In this document: positions 40,483 through 53,300 of the stretch, piece after piece
How the letters are laid out: every line of letters begins with the position of its first letter
How positions within the stretch are numbered: position 1 is the first letter of the stretch
IMG/VR virus record: IMGVR_UViG_3300013121_000029
Location: 96,001 to 160,000 of that record
Direction: 5' to 3' (one strand)
Source of the DNA: a virus
Lineage: Duplodnaviria > Caudoviricetes
Length of the DNA stretch: 64,000 nt
Program-made: the position numbers and the translations under genes
The notes under the pieces: generated by a model
Databases searched by the model: none
The model's input: only the letters and a program-made list of their open reading frames with translations
Told to the model about the DNA's origin: nothing

Positions 40483-40842
40483 TTAGTCAATTTTAATTTT
40501 TTTCGATAAACGTGGATTTGCTCTTTTATCACCACCCATCCAAGGTTCAATTCTCATATTACGAAGCCAATGCTCCGCTGATGGAATAAAACCAAGATCT
40601 TCTAAAACATGGTCCTCTGCGATATCTCGTGTTTGTACTTTCTTACCGTTACTATTAACAATAAAGGTACCAAACGCTTTTTCAACTAAGAAGATGCCAA
40701 ATGCACTATGCAATAGTGCTCTATGTCTAACATCTGCTACAGTTTGTTTACTTGAATCGATAAAATCGTGGATGGCTTGATAATCTTCTTCCACTCCACC
40801 ATATTTTTTAACACTTAGATGAGCATGTAAGTATGGTTTCAT
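40483..40842 (-). CDS. His-rich conserved protein (DUF6915-like), paralog 1
   Basis: P.LHA..S..K.GG..DY..IH..DSSK..D.RHR.LLH..FGIF..RDIAEDHVLEDLG.IP. Confidence 0.7.
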   Translation of the reverse strand: MKPYLHAHLSVKKYGGVEEDYQAIHDFIDSSKQTVADVRHRALLHSAFGIFLVEKAFGTFIVNSNGKKVQTRDIAEDHVLEDLGFIPSAEHWLRNMRIEPWMGGDKRANPRLSKKIKID

Positions 40843-42073
40843 TTACGTTTCTCTTTAAGTTGATTTTCAGCATTCATACATCGATTATACAATTTTTGAT
40901 AATCTTCTAGATTTTGCTTACGAGCAATCCAATGATCTTCGTTTTCTTTTAAGAGAGTATTAATATACTCTTTAATCGCTAAAATGTCATCTCGGATTAA
41001 CGGAAATGTATTACCGTCAAGAATATCTTGTACGATTCGTTTTTGTTCATCAGTAATCATAATTAATTAAATGCATCGAAAATGTCAGCAAGAATATCCA
41101 TAAACCCAGCACCCACGCCAAGTTTAAACAACCAATAAAACAGTAAAATTACACCAATTACAACAGCTGCAATAATAAAAGCAACTGATTTAGTTGTAAG
41201 ATAAATGTTGATACAAAACACCAATCCCATTACCATTAAAACGCTAAAAATTGCTGCAAACATTATTCTGCTCCTCGAGGATTGAACGGAATGTAATCAA
41301 CTAATTCGATTTTTCGTTCTTCATCACGTTTGAGTATTGCTAAAATACATTGTTCTGCTTCTTCTTTTGTATCAAACCTAGCAATTTCAGTATCAATCTC
41401 ACCATAATAGGCAGTTGTCTTTACATAATGAGACCACCAACCAATACCGAAAAAAGTACGTTTGTATTGTGGTTGATAAGATGTAATATATTGTCCATCA
41501 TGACAACGAGTTACAGTTTTAATACGAAATTCCATATTAACTACCTGTACAAAAGTCGACATATTTTTTTCCTTCTCGCTCTTTAATGCTGATTCCTTCG
41601 AGGAACACATGATGTGTGTCACCTGTTTTGATAATACTATCATCAAACAACCAAAGAATATCTACAATGGTTGCATTAGTAAATTCACGTTCCCAATTTG
41701 GTTCTTCAGAATCTTTTCCTGTCCATGCATGTGGATTAGTAAATGTAGCAGTTCCAGGAACCAACACTTTATTAAGGTCAAAAGAATCTTCATAAGTATA
41801 CCATGATTCGTAGGCATACTTAATCTCACCATATTTTTCTGTAACAGCGTCTTCGAGAACATCTTTACGTTTTTGTGCTCGTTCGAATTTCATTTCATAC
41901 TCCTGACGTTGTTTCTTGGCTTCTTCTTCACGTTGTTTATTGATTCCGTCTTGTCGTATAGACAATACATTAACAACTTCAAGAAAAGAGGCTTCATATA
42001 CATTAAACAACTCATTAATTTTGTCTAACGTATACTTCTCTCCTTTAATCACAAGATAGGAGTCTTCACTCAT
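40839..42073 (-). other. run of four hypothetical CDS (40839-41060, 41063-41263 membrane, 41263-41562, 41537-42073)
   Basis: true starts probably MSTFVQ and MSEDSY rather than the longer predicted starts. Confidence 0.5.
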
Positions 42074-42740
42074 CTTCGTCGTCCTTTTCACGATAAGGTT
42101 CATAACCGTATACAGCTTCATAAAATTCATCAGTAGGTTCAACGTCAGTATATCCATATTGACCGTTTTGAATTTTATAAGCACCAGCAAAATTCCATCC
42201 TTCATCGAAACAAATTCCCACAAGTTGCAATTCAGGATGACACTCCGCAAGAGTTTTAAACAATGGATCAGGGACTGACCATGCAGTTTGACAAGTGAAT
42301 TCCATTCCCTTAGAAAGTTCGTTTTCTTTAATAGAAACAGTGGATTGAATTTCCGTGTTATAGAACCCCCACTTGGTGCCCCAATGTTTGTTACACCATT
42401 CGTACCAGGTATGATACCCTGTTTCTTTATATGCATTAATAATTTTGTAGATTTCGTCATATTCTGATTGAGTCATTCGAAGAATGTGTGCTGAATTAGA
42501 ATTATTCTTAATTTGGTGATGAACAGGAATATCGTTATTTTTCACAATTGCGATAGCAGAGTTGTGCTTCATAATATGTTTTGCACTATCTGACACAGTA
42601 CCTTCAGATGTATCAACAAGAATTTCAGGCATTGGAGTAATCAAAGATGCATCAAATTGATTATCCTTATTGAAATACTGTTTAATAATACTAACACATT
42701 CAGCAGGAACAAAAATACGATGCGTTACATGATTAGGCAT
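42066..42740 (-). CDS. DUF1281-like protein
   Basis: MPNH, P(M)PE.L, WYEWC..HWGTKW, TAWS.P; AGGAG RBS. Confidence 0.7.
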   Translation of the reverse strand: MPNHVTHRIFVPAECVSIIKQYFNKDNQFDASLITPMPEILVDTSEGTVSDSAKHIMKHNSAIAIVKNNDIPVHHQIKNNSNSAHILRMTQSEYDEIYKIINAYKETGYHTWYEWCNKHWGTKWGFYNTEIQSTVSIKENELSKGMEFTCQTAWSVPDPLFKTLAECHPELQLVGICFDEGWNFAGAYKIQNGQYGYTDVEPTDEFYEAVYGYEPYREKDDEDE

Positions 42741-42800
42741 TTGACTCTCCTCTTTATACGTCTATTATACAGTATAATGAGGGAGCAATACAACGGTGAC

Positions 42801-42828
42801 AAAAAAGCCTCCGTAAAGGAGGCTTTTT
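42801..42828. terminator. bidirectional intrinsic terminator
   Basis: AAAAAAGCCTCC-GTAAA-GGAGGCTTTTT. Confidence 0.85.
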
Positions 42829-42830
42829 AC

Positions 42831-43211
42831 TTACTTGGTGAAGCGGGGTGGTTTATCACAAAATAATACTGTATGATCTTTTCCTTTAATTAGATATACA
42901 ATATTTGGATATTTAGAACGAAGTTCTTGAGTTGAAATTTGCACTTTACCATACTCAGCTGCAAATTTATGTCTTAATTCTTCATACATCTGTCGATCTT
43001 GAATTGGAATATTGTTATCACGCATATATTGTTGAGCTTCATGTTTAATGAATGCTTCTTTAACATCAAACGGTGATAGTTGGCTAACTCTAATCATTCC
43101 ATCAGATTCATTATTACCTTTGCCCATGTGTTTAACAACATGAAGAACGGCACCTGACATTTCAGTTAATACTCCTGCTTCAGTTAAGAGTTGAATAATA
43201 TCATAATGCAT
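42831..43211 (-). CDS. putative late/virion protein (LLTE, VLTE sites)
   Basis: AATAAATA at 43237-43244 and its own terminator. Confidence 0.55.
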   Translation of the reverse strand: MHYDIIQLLTEAGVLTEMSGAVLHVVKHMGKGNNESDGMIRVSQLSPFDVKEAFIKHEAQQYMRDNNIPIQDRQMYEELRHKFAAEYGKVQISTQELRSKYPNIVYLIKGKDHTVLFCDKPPRFTK

Positions 43212-43437
43212 AAAAAATACCTACATAAGTTGTAAGTATTTATTATGTTTACCTTGTTTGTTTAATAATCTGACCCTTCAATCCACCATTCTTTATTACA
43301 ATTGAAACATTTAATATGTAAATCCTCATGGGATTCATCAAAAGTCTCCCACTTTCTATACCTGCAATTATCAGAAGAACAGTGCTTACATTTAAAATTA
43401 GGATTCATCGGTTTAAGCCAACCAGTTGTGTACGCCA

Positions 43438-45125
43438 TTATGAATATAACTCTTGTGTAGGAACATAAAGAGTACCGTCAACTGCTTTATAACAATCCAC
43501 CTTTTTCGAAAATAATCTATTACCTACTTTATAATACACAGTTTGATAAGTAGACATTAAAAATTTATGTGGACGATTACAATCATATCCTTCTATATAA
43601 CATGAAGGACCTTTAAGGCCATAATCCCGTTCAATAAAATCTTTCAACATGAATACATAATTAACTGCTAAATTAGTGGTACCTAATTCTCTTTTTGCTG
43701 CTCTTACGAACAATTTAAAATGGGTTGGATTATAAATGTTAAAACATCTTGTATAAGAATCAGGATCAAACATATTATTTTCTCTCACACATTTCTAATG
43801 TTAGTGGTTCACCGTCGACATACCATTGACCATTTTCCCAGAGATAATTGTATTCTTGACGATTGCCACGTACTACTTGTTCATATGTGGGAGCATATGA
43901 AGGGGATTCATTATGATAAAATTCACATTTGTCAATTGTTTCATCAAGACTTGACATAAATCCATGCTTAAGCAATTCTTCAATCTTCTCTTGTGTATTA
44001 TAACAAGTTAATAGAATTCTACCATTATATGATGGATAACCATCATGATGACAATATACTGCCACATATCCATTATCGATTTTTGCTGCAATAGTTGATC
44101 TGGTAGACATTGTTAACCTCGTTTTTGTGTAATAGTCATAGTTGTTTCGAAAGGAATTTCCGCACCGTTGCCGAGGTGAGATCCAAAAATATTCATAATA
44201 TCCCACAACTCAGAATTGTAATATGTTTTCCCATCTCTGACTGTTTGTCTGGACAATAATCCATTTTGGTAAAGTATTTTGATACCTTTTTTAGTAAGGC
44301 AAATTTCTACCTCGTCATTAGCATTAATGTTCATTATACTCTCTGTGAAGTTTCAGCAATTGTTTTAATTTTATCTGCAATTAAGGATGCAAAGTATATG
44401 GGAAGAGAAAATGTTGAATGAGCAGTATCTCCTTCCCAATATGTTACTTTAATTTCTTCCCCATTACTTTTGAAAGTGTACTTCCATCCATCTTGATGGA
44501 CTAATTCACCTGCAGTTAACCAAAGAAATTCTTTTTCTACACTCATATCAACCTCTCCAGTAATTTCCGATAATTGCTTGTAATAATTCATTTAACTGTT
44601 GATCTATTTTTGAAGACAGATATTCTTCATCTCTCCAATCATCTGCTTGATTTGATACAAAACAATTAATATCAGATAAACATTTGGCTACGACAGGATC
44701 AGATTTTAATTGCTTCAAATTTTGTTCAACATTAACACAAGATTCGCATTTATATTTTTGGATAGATCGTTTTTCAACGACAGGACATGTGTCAGATCCA
44801 TATTTACAACCATGGTATACACAACAATGTGTCTCGTGTACTTTGTGTTCTGACATGATTAATATTCCTTATCTGCAAAAAAGTTAATTTCATCTTGAAA
44901 TCTATAAAACAAATCTTCGAGAATCATTAACACTTCATTATACCCAGCATAGTGTCCTTGTTCGTATGCTATAGATTCAAGTTTAGAAGTAAATTTGGAC
45001 TTAGAAATATTGTATTTTTGAAGTAATTCATCAACTTGCTTGTTATACGTGTCAAAGTCAGCGTTGTTCATTATAATTTCTCTGAGAATATGAGAAATTA
45101 TAATTGAAAAAGAAAAAGGACTCAA
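43438..45125 (-). other. run of six small hypothetical CDS
   Basis: overlapping ORFs; MSTRSTI..YCHHDGYP..G..L motif in the ORF ending at 43775. Confidence 0.55.
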
Positions 45126-45138
45126 CTGAGTCCTTTTT
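45113..45138. terminator. intrinsic terminator
   Basis: AAAAAGGACTCA-AC-TGAGTCCTTTTT. Confidence 0.8.
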
Positions 45139-45154
45139 ATATGATTAGGTGTTT

Positions 45155-45391
45155 TTACACCATTTGATTATCTTCTAACATTCCCCATACTAATGTTGCA
45201 ATATACTTAACATCTGTCGGAGCCTTACCAACCATACCGATATATCTGTGTACTAATTGTTCAACAGTATGAAATTTAAGATTCGGAGTTCCTTTAATTT
45301 TGTCAAAAATCTTTTGTGCAGCTAATTGATCGCTAATAGGATTTACACTTTCTGTTAATCCTGCAATTTGTTTCATTCTTTCCATGTCCAT
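45155..45391 (-). CDS. putative late/virion protein (ERMKQIAGLTE leader)
   Basis: CTAAATA at 45416-45422; terminator directly downstream. Confidence 0.55.
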   Translation of the reverse strand: MDMERMKQIAGLTESVNPISDQLAAQKIFDKIKGTPNLKFHTVEQLVHRYIGMVGKAPTDVKYIATLVWGMLEDNQMV

Positions 45392-45402
45392 GTGTGTTTG
45401 TC

Positions 45403-45987
45403 CTATATGGTATAGTATTTAGTCGTTCGAAACAAAATTACATTTTTATGCCACCTTGCATACATTCCTGGCCCTACTTCTTTACCACAACAACATTTTA
45501 TCTTCTTTCTTTGTAATGCACGATCGCGTAATCGTTGTCTATGTTGGTCACTAAATGTTTGCCCTCTCATTACATCACCAATATTATTTAATACACCTTT
45601 TGACATATTTTCTTTTGCACGTTCTGATGAACGTTGTAACATAGTATTTTCGTGTTTAGTTAAACCTTTATTCCAAGGAGAGGATAATCCTTTTTGTTTT
45701 CTTTTAATCCAACCCTCTCTTAATTTTTGTTTGAAAAATATCATCCATTCTGGATCCTTTCTTAACTCTGATAATATGTTATTCGAACATTCAATCATTA
45801 ATTTAAAACCTACGTCTGTTTGACCAGATAAACAAAGATATGCCATCTTGTCTTGCCATCTTCCGTGGGTTTCATATAAAATTCTATGTGCTTCTGCATG
45901 CTCTTCGATTGTTAATTCGATTAAATTGGAAGGATCATCTGTTCCTCCTGCATGTTTAGGGATAATGTGGTGCATGTGTGTTATCAT
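45403..45987 (-). CDS. HNH homing endonuclease
   Basis: HHIIPKHAGGTDDPSNLIELT.EEHAEAH, PWNKG. Confidence 0.85.
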   Translation of the reverse strand: MITHMHHIIPKHAGGTDDPSNLIELTIEEHAEAHRILYETHGRWQDKMAYLCLSGQTDVGFKLMIECSNNILSELRKDPEWMIFFKQKLREGWIKRKQKGLSSPWNKGLTKHENTMLQRSSERAKENMSKGVLNNIGDVMRGQTFSDQHRQRLRDRALQRKKIKCCCGKEVGPGMYARWHKNVILFRTTKYYTI

Positions 45988-46017
45988 ATAACAATTATTT
46001 TTATTATATTTACTATT

Positions 46018-46985
46018 TTATTTTTTCCCTAAACATATAATTTCTGATTCTAATATCAAAGAATATGGACCTTTGTTATAGGCAGGAGCTAATTGTTTTG
46101 ATTTTGCTATTATTAATTCTTGTGTTTCTTTTGTTTCGTTGTCTAAATTATCCATTATCGAGTGGGTATTAACAGCACCTGAAGGAATAATACCATTATT
46201 GTATGAAGGAATATGAAGTTCATCTTGTCTATTGAACTTAGGTAGAGGAGGGACATATTCTTGAAATTTTGGCTTCTTTACATGAGGAACAACAGGCTTC
46301 TGTTGTTCAAGCTTCCGTTGTTTCGCTTCTGTTTCAAGTTTCACACGTCTTTCTTCATTCAACTGACGCTTTGTCTTTTTGAACTTTTTCGACATCTTTA
46401 TATAGTACTCCAACATGATATGGAACTTCGTAAAATTGCTTTCCGTTGATAGTAACAGTACCCAATTCCTTTTTATGATACTTTATAAATTCTTCTGGAC
46501 GACAAATGTCAACATGTGTTTCTGAAAAATCAAAAACGACCCACAATTCGATATCAGGCTGTTTATTAGGCAATGATCTACATTTAGTAAACCATACAAA
46601 ATCTCCGTGTTGTAAATTCATATTATACTTCTTGAATAATTACTCGTAAATGTTTTACATTCCAATTCGGAAGAGTGTCTTCGAAATTAGTAGGCTTATT
46701 ATAATCACGCAATACTTTATGTGAACGAAAATATTCATTTGCGTAATTACAGAATTGTTGTACTTGAATGAAATCAGAATACAAATAATTTGTTTTAATT
46801 TCATCGTTTGTTTCATGGAGGAATTCTTTTGCAATGTAAACTCCATGTAACCACCAAGGAGCTACACGTTCTTCTTGATTTTGATCCCAATACACATAAT
46901 ATCCATCACGATTTTTATTTGTATTAAAGATAACCCAACAATCTTCTTCTTTAATTACATTATCTTGGGACATAAGTTGTTTCAA
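46018..46985 (-). other. three hypothetical CDS (46018-46416, 46355-46621, 46623-46985)
   Basis: APAYNKGPY motif in the first. Confidence 0.55.
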
Positions 46986-47159
46986 CCTTTTCTCTAATTA
47001 ATTCTAACCGTAACATATCAGCAATCCATACCTTCTTCATCACCAAAATATTCAAACTTGGTTGCACAAAAAGAATTAGGAAATGCGCATACGATTGACA
47101 TTTAATATAATCTCTTGACGATAAATACATTATACTTGATTTATACGAATGGAACAAAT

Positions 47160-47864
47160 ATGAAAGTTGTAGAACTGTTAGAAGGGCGTGCAGATGTATT
47201 ACTGCAACGTATTAAACAAGATTGTAAGATATATTTGGATATGAACCCGTTGACTATAAATCACTTAGCATTATATCGTGGAATAAGTGGTAATCTTGCT
47301 CAATCTAGATTAATTACAGTAAGAAAAGATAGAAGACCACGTGACTCTACAGATTGTATGCATTATGCATTTAATGAATATTTTAAGGAAAAATTCGGAA
47401 AACCGTATAGAAGCATTTCAGTATTTTGTACAGGAGATCCTGACATTGCAAATGAATATGCTGGATCGGGAACAAATCACGTTATTTTTCCTGTAGGGGA
47501 TTTTGATTATTGTTGGTCTCCGCAATTATCAGATTTGTTTGGTGAGTTTGAATATAAATTAAATCATAATATAGTTAATGATTTTCATAGACAATTATTA
47601 GAGCTTCCTCCTGACACGAAACTATCGGAAGAACAATACAACGAAATACAAGAAATCGAAGCTATTGATCCTGATAATTATTGCATTGAATTAGTAAATT
47701 ATTATTTTAATCACAAACCTGTAGAATATCTCGAAAACCAGAATTTTGAACAAGCGATCAAATCAGGTAATGAAATAATGATTGATTGTGATAAGTATTA
47801 TGCTATTAATCAAAATACTTACGAATCTTGGATTCTTAATTTGGCCCGTTCTTCTCGAAAATAG
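47160..47864 (+). CDS. ADP-ribosyltransferase-like virion protein (MKVVELLE leader)
   Basis: ATG 47160; LYRG, SVFCT, GNEIM; GATAAATA at 47120-47127; lone plus-strand gene. Confidence 0.5.
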   Translation: MKVVELLEGRADVLLQRIKQDCKIYLDMNPLTINHLALYRGISGNLAQSRLITVRKDRRPRDSTDCMHYAFNEYFKEKFGKPYRSISVFCTGDPDIANEYAGSGTNHVIFPVGDFDYCWSPQLSDLFGEFEYKLNHNIVNDFHRQLLELPPDTKLSEEQYNEIQEIEAIDPDNYCIELVNYYFNHKPVEYLENQNFEQAIKSGNEIMIDCDKYYAINQNTYESWILNLARSSRK

Positions 47865-49060
47865 TTCCTTTAAATACTACTTCGTTTGGATTAAAGTGTC
47901 CACAGAGAGAACATTGTTGACCGATGATGTTATTATTTAAATCTCTGGTAGGAAAGAATGTATGGTCACATTCTTTCTCTTCTAAGTATCTTGGAGTTTT
48001 AATGTAGAGATATACAATAAGCCAAAATACTCCGAAAATAAAATTATATCCAAAACCTAAATTAGAATTAATATAAATTCCAATTCCCGCCATGATAAAA
48101 TGACTTAATGTACCAACTAATACCATTAATCTTAACCATTTAGGATAAATCATTTTGCAACTCCTACTTCCTCAATATGTGACTCAGGTACTTGTTCATC
48201 ACTACATGATACTAAAATCAAAGAACATAAAATAATTAATACACGCATAGTTACCCCACAATGTTTCTTACTTCGATATCAATTTCCGCACATTCAAGAA
48301 TCTCTTTAACTACATCAGGATCTGCTTTAGAATTAACTTGTTTAAGTACTTCTCTCCACTTTTCCCATGCTTCATTGCTGGATGCTGCAAGAGATTCCAA
48401 GCAAAATCCAGTATTATTCTTCATTTTTATGATGTAATACATTTTTCTTCTCCAATTCCTCGTGTAGTAATAATACCGCTTCTCCTACAACGTCTTCATA
48501 CGATCTATCTTTTAATTGAATTTGAAAATAGATTTTCTTTTTGGCATAACCTACACTAATATAAGGACGACCGTCTGCATAGGTTGCAAAATTAATATAT
48601 GCTCCCTTTAGAGTAATTCCTCTAATTAGTTGTTGTAACTCAGTCATAATTACATCTCAATATCAACTTCAATAACATTATAAGGTTCAAAATGAAGTGC
48701 TCCGAGGAAACGATTGAATTGATCATTATCCATTTTCTTAATGAAAGGAGCAACATCAAATTCCCACTCATCTTCATTAATATATCCACCGACTTCTTTA
48801 AGAACGTCGTTAGCAAAATCGATATTCAACACTTCCTCTGGATTATATCCATATTCACAAAGACGAATAGACCATTTTTTATCTTTACCATTTTCGTCTT
48901 TACCTTCTAGGAAGAAACGAGTTAGCTTTGCACATTCTGCATCTGCTTTTTCTTTTGAAAGAAAGACCTTAGTTGGAGTACCACCGTTTCCTTCAGGGGC
49001 AAGATATACTTCATCATTGTATTGAAAATCAATACCTACTACTACAAATGCCTTAGTCAT
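47836..49060 (-). other. four hypothetical CDS (47836-48153 membrane, 48251-48442, 48414-48647, 48650-49060)
   Basis: contiguous ORFs with RBS. Confidence 0.55.
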
Positions 49061-49070
49061 AATAATCTCC

Positions 49071-49493
49071 TTAGTCTACCATAATCATGTTATTTGGATC
49101 AATTTTCATTTTAACAATTGCTTTTTTAGCCTTAATACCACCAACAATTGACTCATCAATAATTCCTACTTTATCTAACACATCTGATAGTGATGGAATA
49201 CAACCCATATCATCTAAGACATGTTGTTCAGCAATATCTCTTACACTGATTTGCTTACCAATAGAATTAGTGATATATGGCATCCTTACATAGGAACCAT
49301 CGTGCTTGCGTACAATTTCCCCAAAAGTTTGCTCACAGAGAAAAATACCAAAAGCATTATGCAATATAATGCGATGACGCGCATCAGCAACATGCGCTTT
49401 CGTCGAGTCAAACCAATTGTGAATTTCGATGTAGTCTTCGGGGCTACCACCGAACTTGTTTGCAGATATTTTTGCATGGAGTAATGGCTTCAT
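49071..49493 (-). CDS. His-rich conserved protein (DUF6915-like), paralog 2
   Basis: same motifs as 40483-40842. Confidence 0.7.
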   Translation of the reverse strand: MKPLLHAKISANKFGGSPEDYIEIHNWFDSTKAHVADARHRIILHNAFGIFLCEQTFGEIVRKHDGSYVRMPYITNSIGKQISVRDIAEQHVLDDMGCIPSLSDVLDKVGIIDESIVGGIKAKKAIVKMKIDPNNMIMVD

Positions 49494-50336
49494 ATTAATC
49501 TTGTGGGTCTACTTTGATGAATCCTGTGGTGAATTCTGTCAAATCAATGCTTGATCGATCGGCAATTTCAGCAACGATACGTGTCAATTCTTTGATTTGA
49601 TCTTCAATACAACGATCCTTACGATAATACCCACTATCATCATGTTGAACGTTTTCACGAATCACTTCTTCTGCTGTTGAGCACCAAGTAGAATTTGGAT
49701 ATTTTAATTTTTTATATTGTCTCTTCATTGGTTGGTCCCTCTTCTTTAATTCCAAAAACATGTTTGAGTACACGATTAAGTTCTTCTTTTTGTTCTTTAG
49801 TCCATGGTTTTAACCCTTCTGTTGGAAGTCCTGCAGATCTCATTCTACAAGGACACATAGGTTCATTGTTTACGGGACCGATACATGAACAAAGATTAGT
49901 CACCACCGCCTCCGCCATCTCCTCCGCCTCCGTCACCCCATCCATCACTCCAAAAGGAATCACTTGAAGATGATTGACCAGAACTATATCCTTTAACTTT
50001 ACTAAAAATCCATTTAATAATCTTAATTGTAATATAAACAATTGCTATTGCAAACATACACATGAAAATAAATGACAACATATTATTCATCCTCTCCATT
50101 ATCTTCAAAATCTGTTACAGGACGCGGCCATTCACCTTGCAGTTGACCACAATCCAAGCAAGCCTTGATATCAACATAATCTCCACCGCCAATGCCAAGA
50201 CCACGTGGAAGATATCCTACATGTTCTTTATTACCAAGTTTCAGAAAATGACAATCATTTGCTTTACTAGTAAGTACTGCCACTCGTGAACTATCACAAG
50301 ATTGACAATTCATTATTTTACCCTCTTAATACGACT

Positions 50337-50365
50337 ATTATACAATATTTTAAGTAACGGAACAA
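50337..50365 (-). promoter_or_regulatory. sigma70-like early promoter
   Basis: TTGTTC-N17-TATAAT-AGTCG. Confidence 0.7.
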
Positions 50366-53300
50366 ATTTAAAAATGTTCTCTCATCTTAGGATACAGAAA
50401 AGAACATTCTTCATCCTCACCATTATAGATGGATTCCCACAAGGATAACATTTCATTTGCGCTTTCTTCTGATGCAAAATATTCCGAATCACGACTGCCT
50501 GGTTCAATAAACCCATTACCATCAGAATAAAGAGTACCAATATACCAACCTGCAGCACTTTTGAGTACTTTCAAATCAGAATATCGTCTTTTATCAGCAG
50601 GTGAAATATATGGTGCTTCAAATACGAGTAGTGATTTCATTTTAGTTACTCTTAGTTTGTTTAATATAATGTAATGTTTCTTTTTCAGAACCTTCACAAA
50701 CTGGCATCCCACCATACTCTGCAACAATCTTTCCTTCATGTCCTAAGAAAACAAATACTTTGGATACATAATACGTGTTTTCTTCTAACAATGATTCGTA
50801 ACCAACTAAAAATACATGTTGACAACGAACTGCATCGTATTTGAGATACTTAAATGCTCCATTCATAGCAAACGACATTTCTGATTTTGCTACAATGTAA
50901 CCATTATTACCTAACGGTTCAATTAGATCAAGAGCATTAAAAGTGGGAGCTAGTTTATTCATCATTTGCCTCAAGTTCTCTCAATTTCCGTTCCATTTGA
51001 TCAGTTTCTTCTCTCAACGCTCTCAATTTATCGTGATTCATTCTGATCTTCGATAACAGACGAGTTTTAATTTCTTCCTTATCTCTACTCACACGCAGTT
51101 TCCTTTCTGCTTCTGTTTCCTTACGAATAGCGTGAATCTTTACAGTTAATGATGGAGAATGTGAACGTTCGCATTCAATTTTCGTCTTGTGAGTAAATTC
51201 AATAAGATCTTCCCCACATTCCATCTCATATGCTTGACGTACAGCAGTGATGAAATCATTTACCTTTTGGTTTAATTCGTCAAGAGGTAGTTCATCATTC
51301 CAATTAATACCGACACGTTTCTGAACATCTTCAATGGATTCATAGTAAACGTATTGACATTTAACTTTGTCGAATCTTGGTTTTACGGGATTCCACATGT
51401 CTATTTTTATCTCCTAATACTTGTTCGTTTTTCATAATTTGGTGAATTGTCATTGGACCTACTTTTGTTTTATACAAATTATTGACACCAAGACCATAAG
51501 TTAATTGTTGCAAATTATGACGTTGTGCATATTCTACTACTTTATTCATCTTTCTTTTTATTCCTCAAGTTATCAATAAAAATTGCAAGAATAGCAAGAT
51601 ATACTGTTAGTTCTGCATCATTGTAAGTATATCCTACTGATTTGAAATGGTCTCCAATAAAATACCATACAACATTTACAAAGAGTGTTCCGAATAAGAA
51701 CACTGCTACAAAGGCTTTATTTTCTTCATACAACTCTTTAATAATATTCCACATTTTACGTACCATATATTACTCCACTATGTTAATTTTAAAACAATAC
51801 TTTTTGAACGTTGCTTTGAAACTTTCAAAAAGCAATTTAATACGACTTGGTTTAATACGTGCGAGATATGTTTCATACCATCCCACCATAACAGGGAGAT
51901 CTAATTCTTCACACCATTTTTTGAACTCTTCATCTTGCAACATTTGCTCTTCAAGCAATACAATTCTATTTGTACCAATAATATCTAATAGTTGGTTAAC
52001 GAGATAATATGGAATTCCAATTATAGTTACCATCAATAGTATTACTAAACTTATACAATTTACTAGAATAGCCAATGCAACTAATACAGTTAGGAATGGG
52101 TCGAAAACCCATTTCATTATTGTTTTACCTGTTTCTAAATTGAAAAGAACCTTAACATCCCATGTGTTAATAACCAAAAGAATGTCTGAACCCAACATTA
52201 TAAGTCCAAGGCAACCTGTTATAATTAATAAACCGTGTGCAAAATGATAAAAAGTACTAATTATAAATTCTTTTACCAGAGAACAAGAATTATCTAATAC
52301 ATCCACATTGCGGTGCTCTCCGAGAAAGCCACGATGATTATTTACACAATATCTATACAACCATGAACTTTTGGACAGATCCATAATACTCTCCTACCTC
52401 TCTATACGACTATTATACAGAGAAACAATTTTTGATACTATTCAACACGAAGGTAATTCACACCAATGCGTCATTGCTCAAACTTATTCATTTTTGTTCC
52501 TCGAAGGCATCTTTTTAATTACAATATAACCTCGAGCAAGACATCCACCACCGTCATTGCTCCATGAATTTGATGTCGTCTCACCTTTCTCAATTTTAAT
52601 TACGACATCTCCACGTCGAGTTTGAATTGGATGTTTCTTATAATGTCGATTGCAACGAAGTCTCAATTTTTCTTTATCAATATCACAATCAACTAATTCT
52701 TCATATGTATTAGAACCAAGTTCATGTGATAAAATTCTAATTTCGTATAGTCCAAACATTATTATTTCCTTTAAACTTTTTTATTGCAATAACCAACAGG
52801 AGTATTGTCAATGGTTACAATATAAGTATTAATCCAATCACTCATATCTGGACGATAACGATAATCAGAAGCGTACCATTTTACTTCTATTTCACCTTCG
52901 TCAGGCCAAATACTATTCTATATTCCCCCACAATGCTTCTTTCAGTTTTTCAATATTCTTTTCCATGTCTACAAATGCTTCAGAACTAGCATTTGCTTGA
53001 CCAAATTCATGGGGAGCTTCACCTACCTTAATGGAGGAATCGATTACTTTTTCGATTAGAGTATCAATATACTCTTTCAACTCTGAATCTTGAGAAAAAC
53101 AGGCATGAAGTGACCAAGTACGTTTAGAATCAATCATTTTTAAGTTCCTCTTTGTCTTTTGCTACACTATCGAATCCTTTATACCAATATTCTTCTGCTG
53201 GACCTCCTACATAAAAGGAGTTACGATCATATCCTCTCTCGGCACACTGTTTTCCATGATCATAAGCATGTTTATATCTACGATCACGTGCTTTTATAGG

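Noticed and set aside
52771-52920. Protein-like frame following a TAG as read-through
   Set aside because: A TGA lies a few codons upstream and there is no start; more likely a gene remnant.
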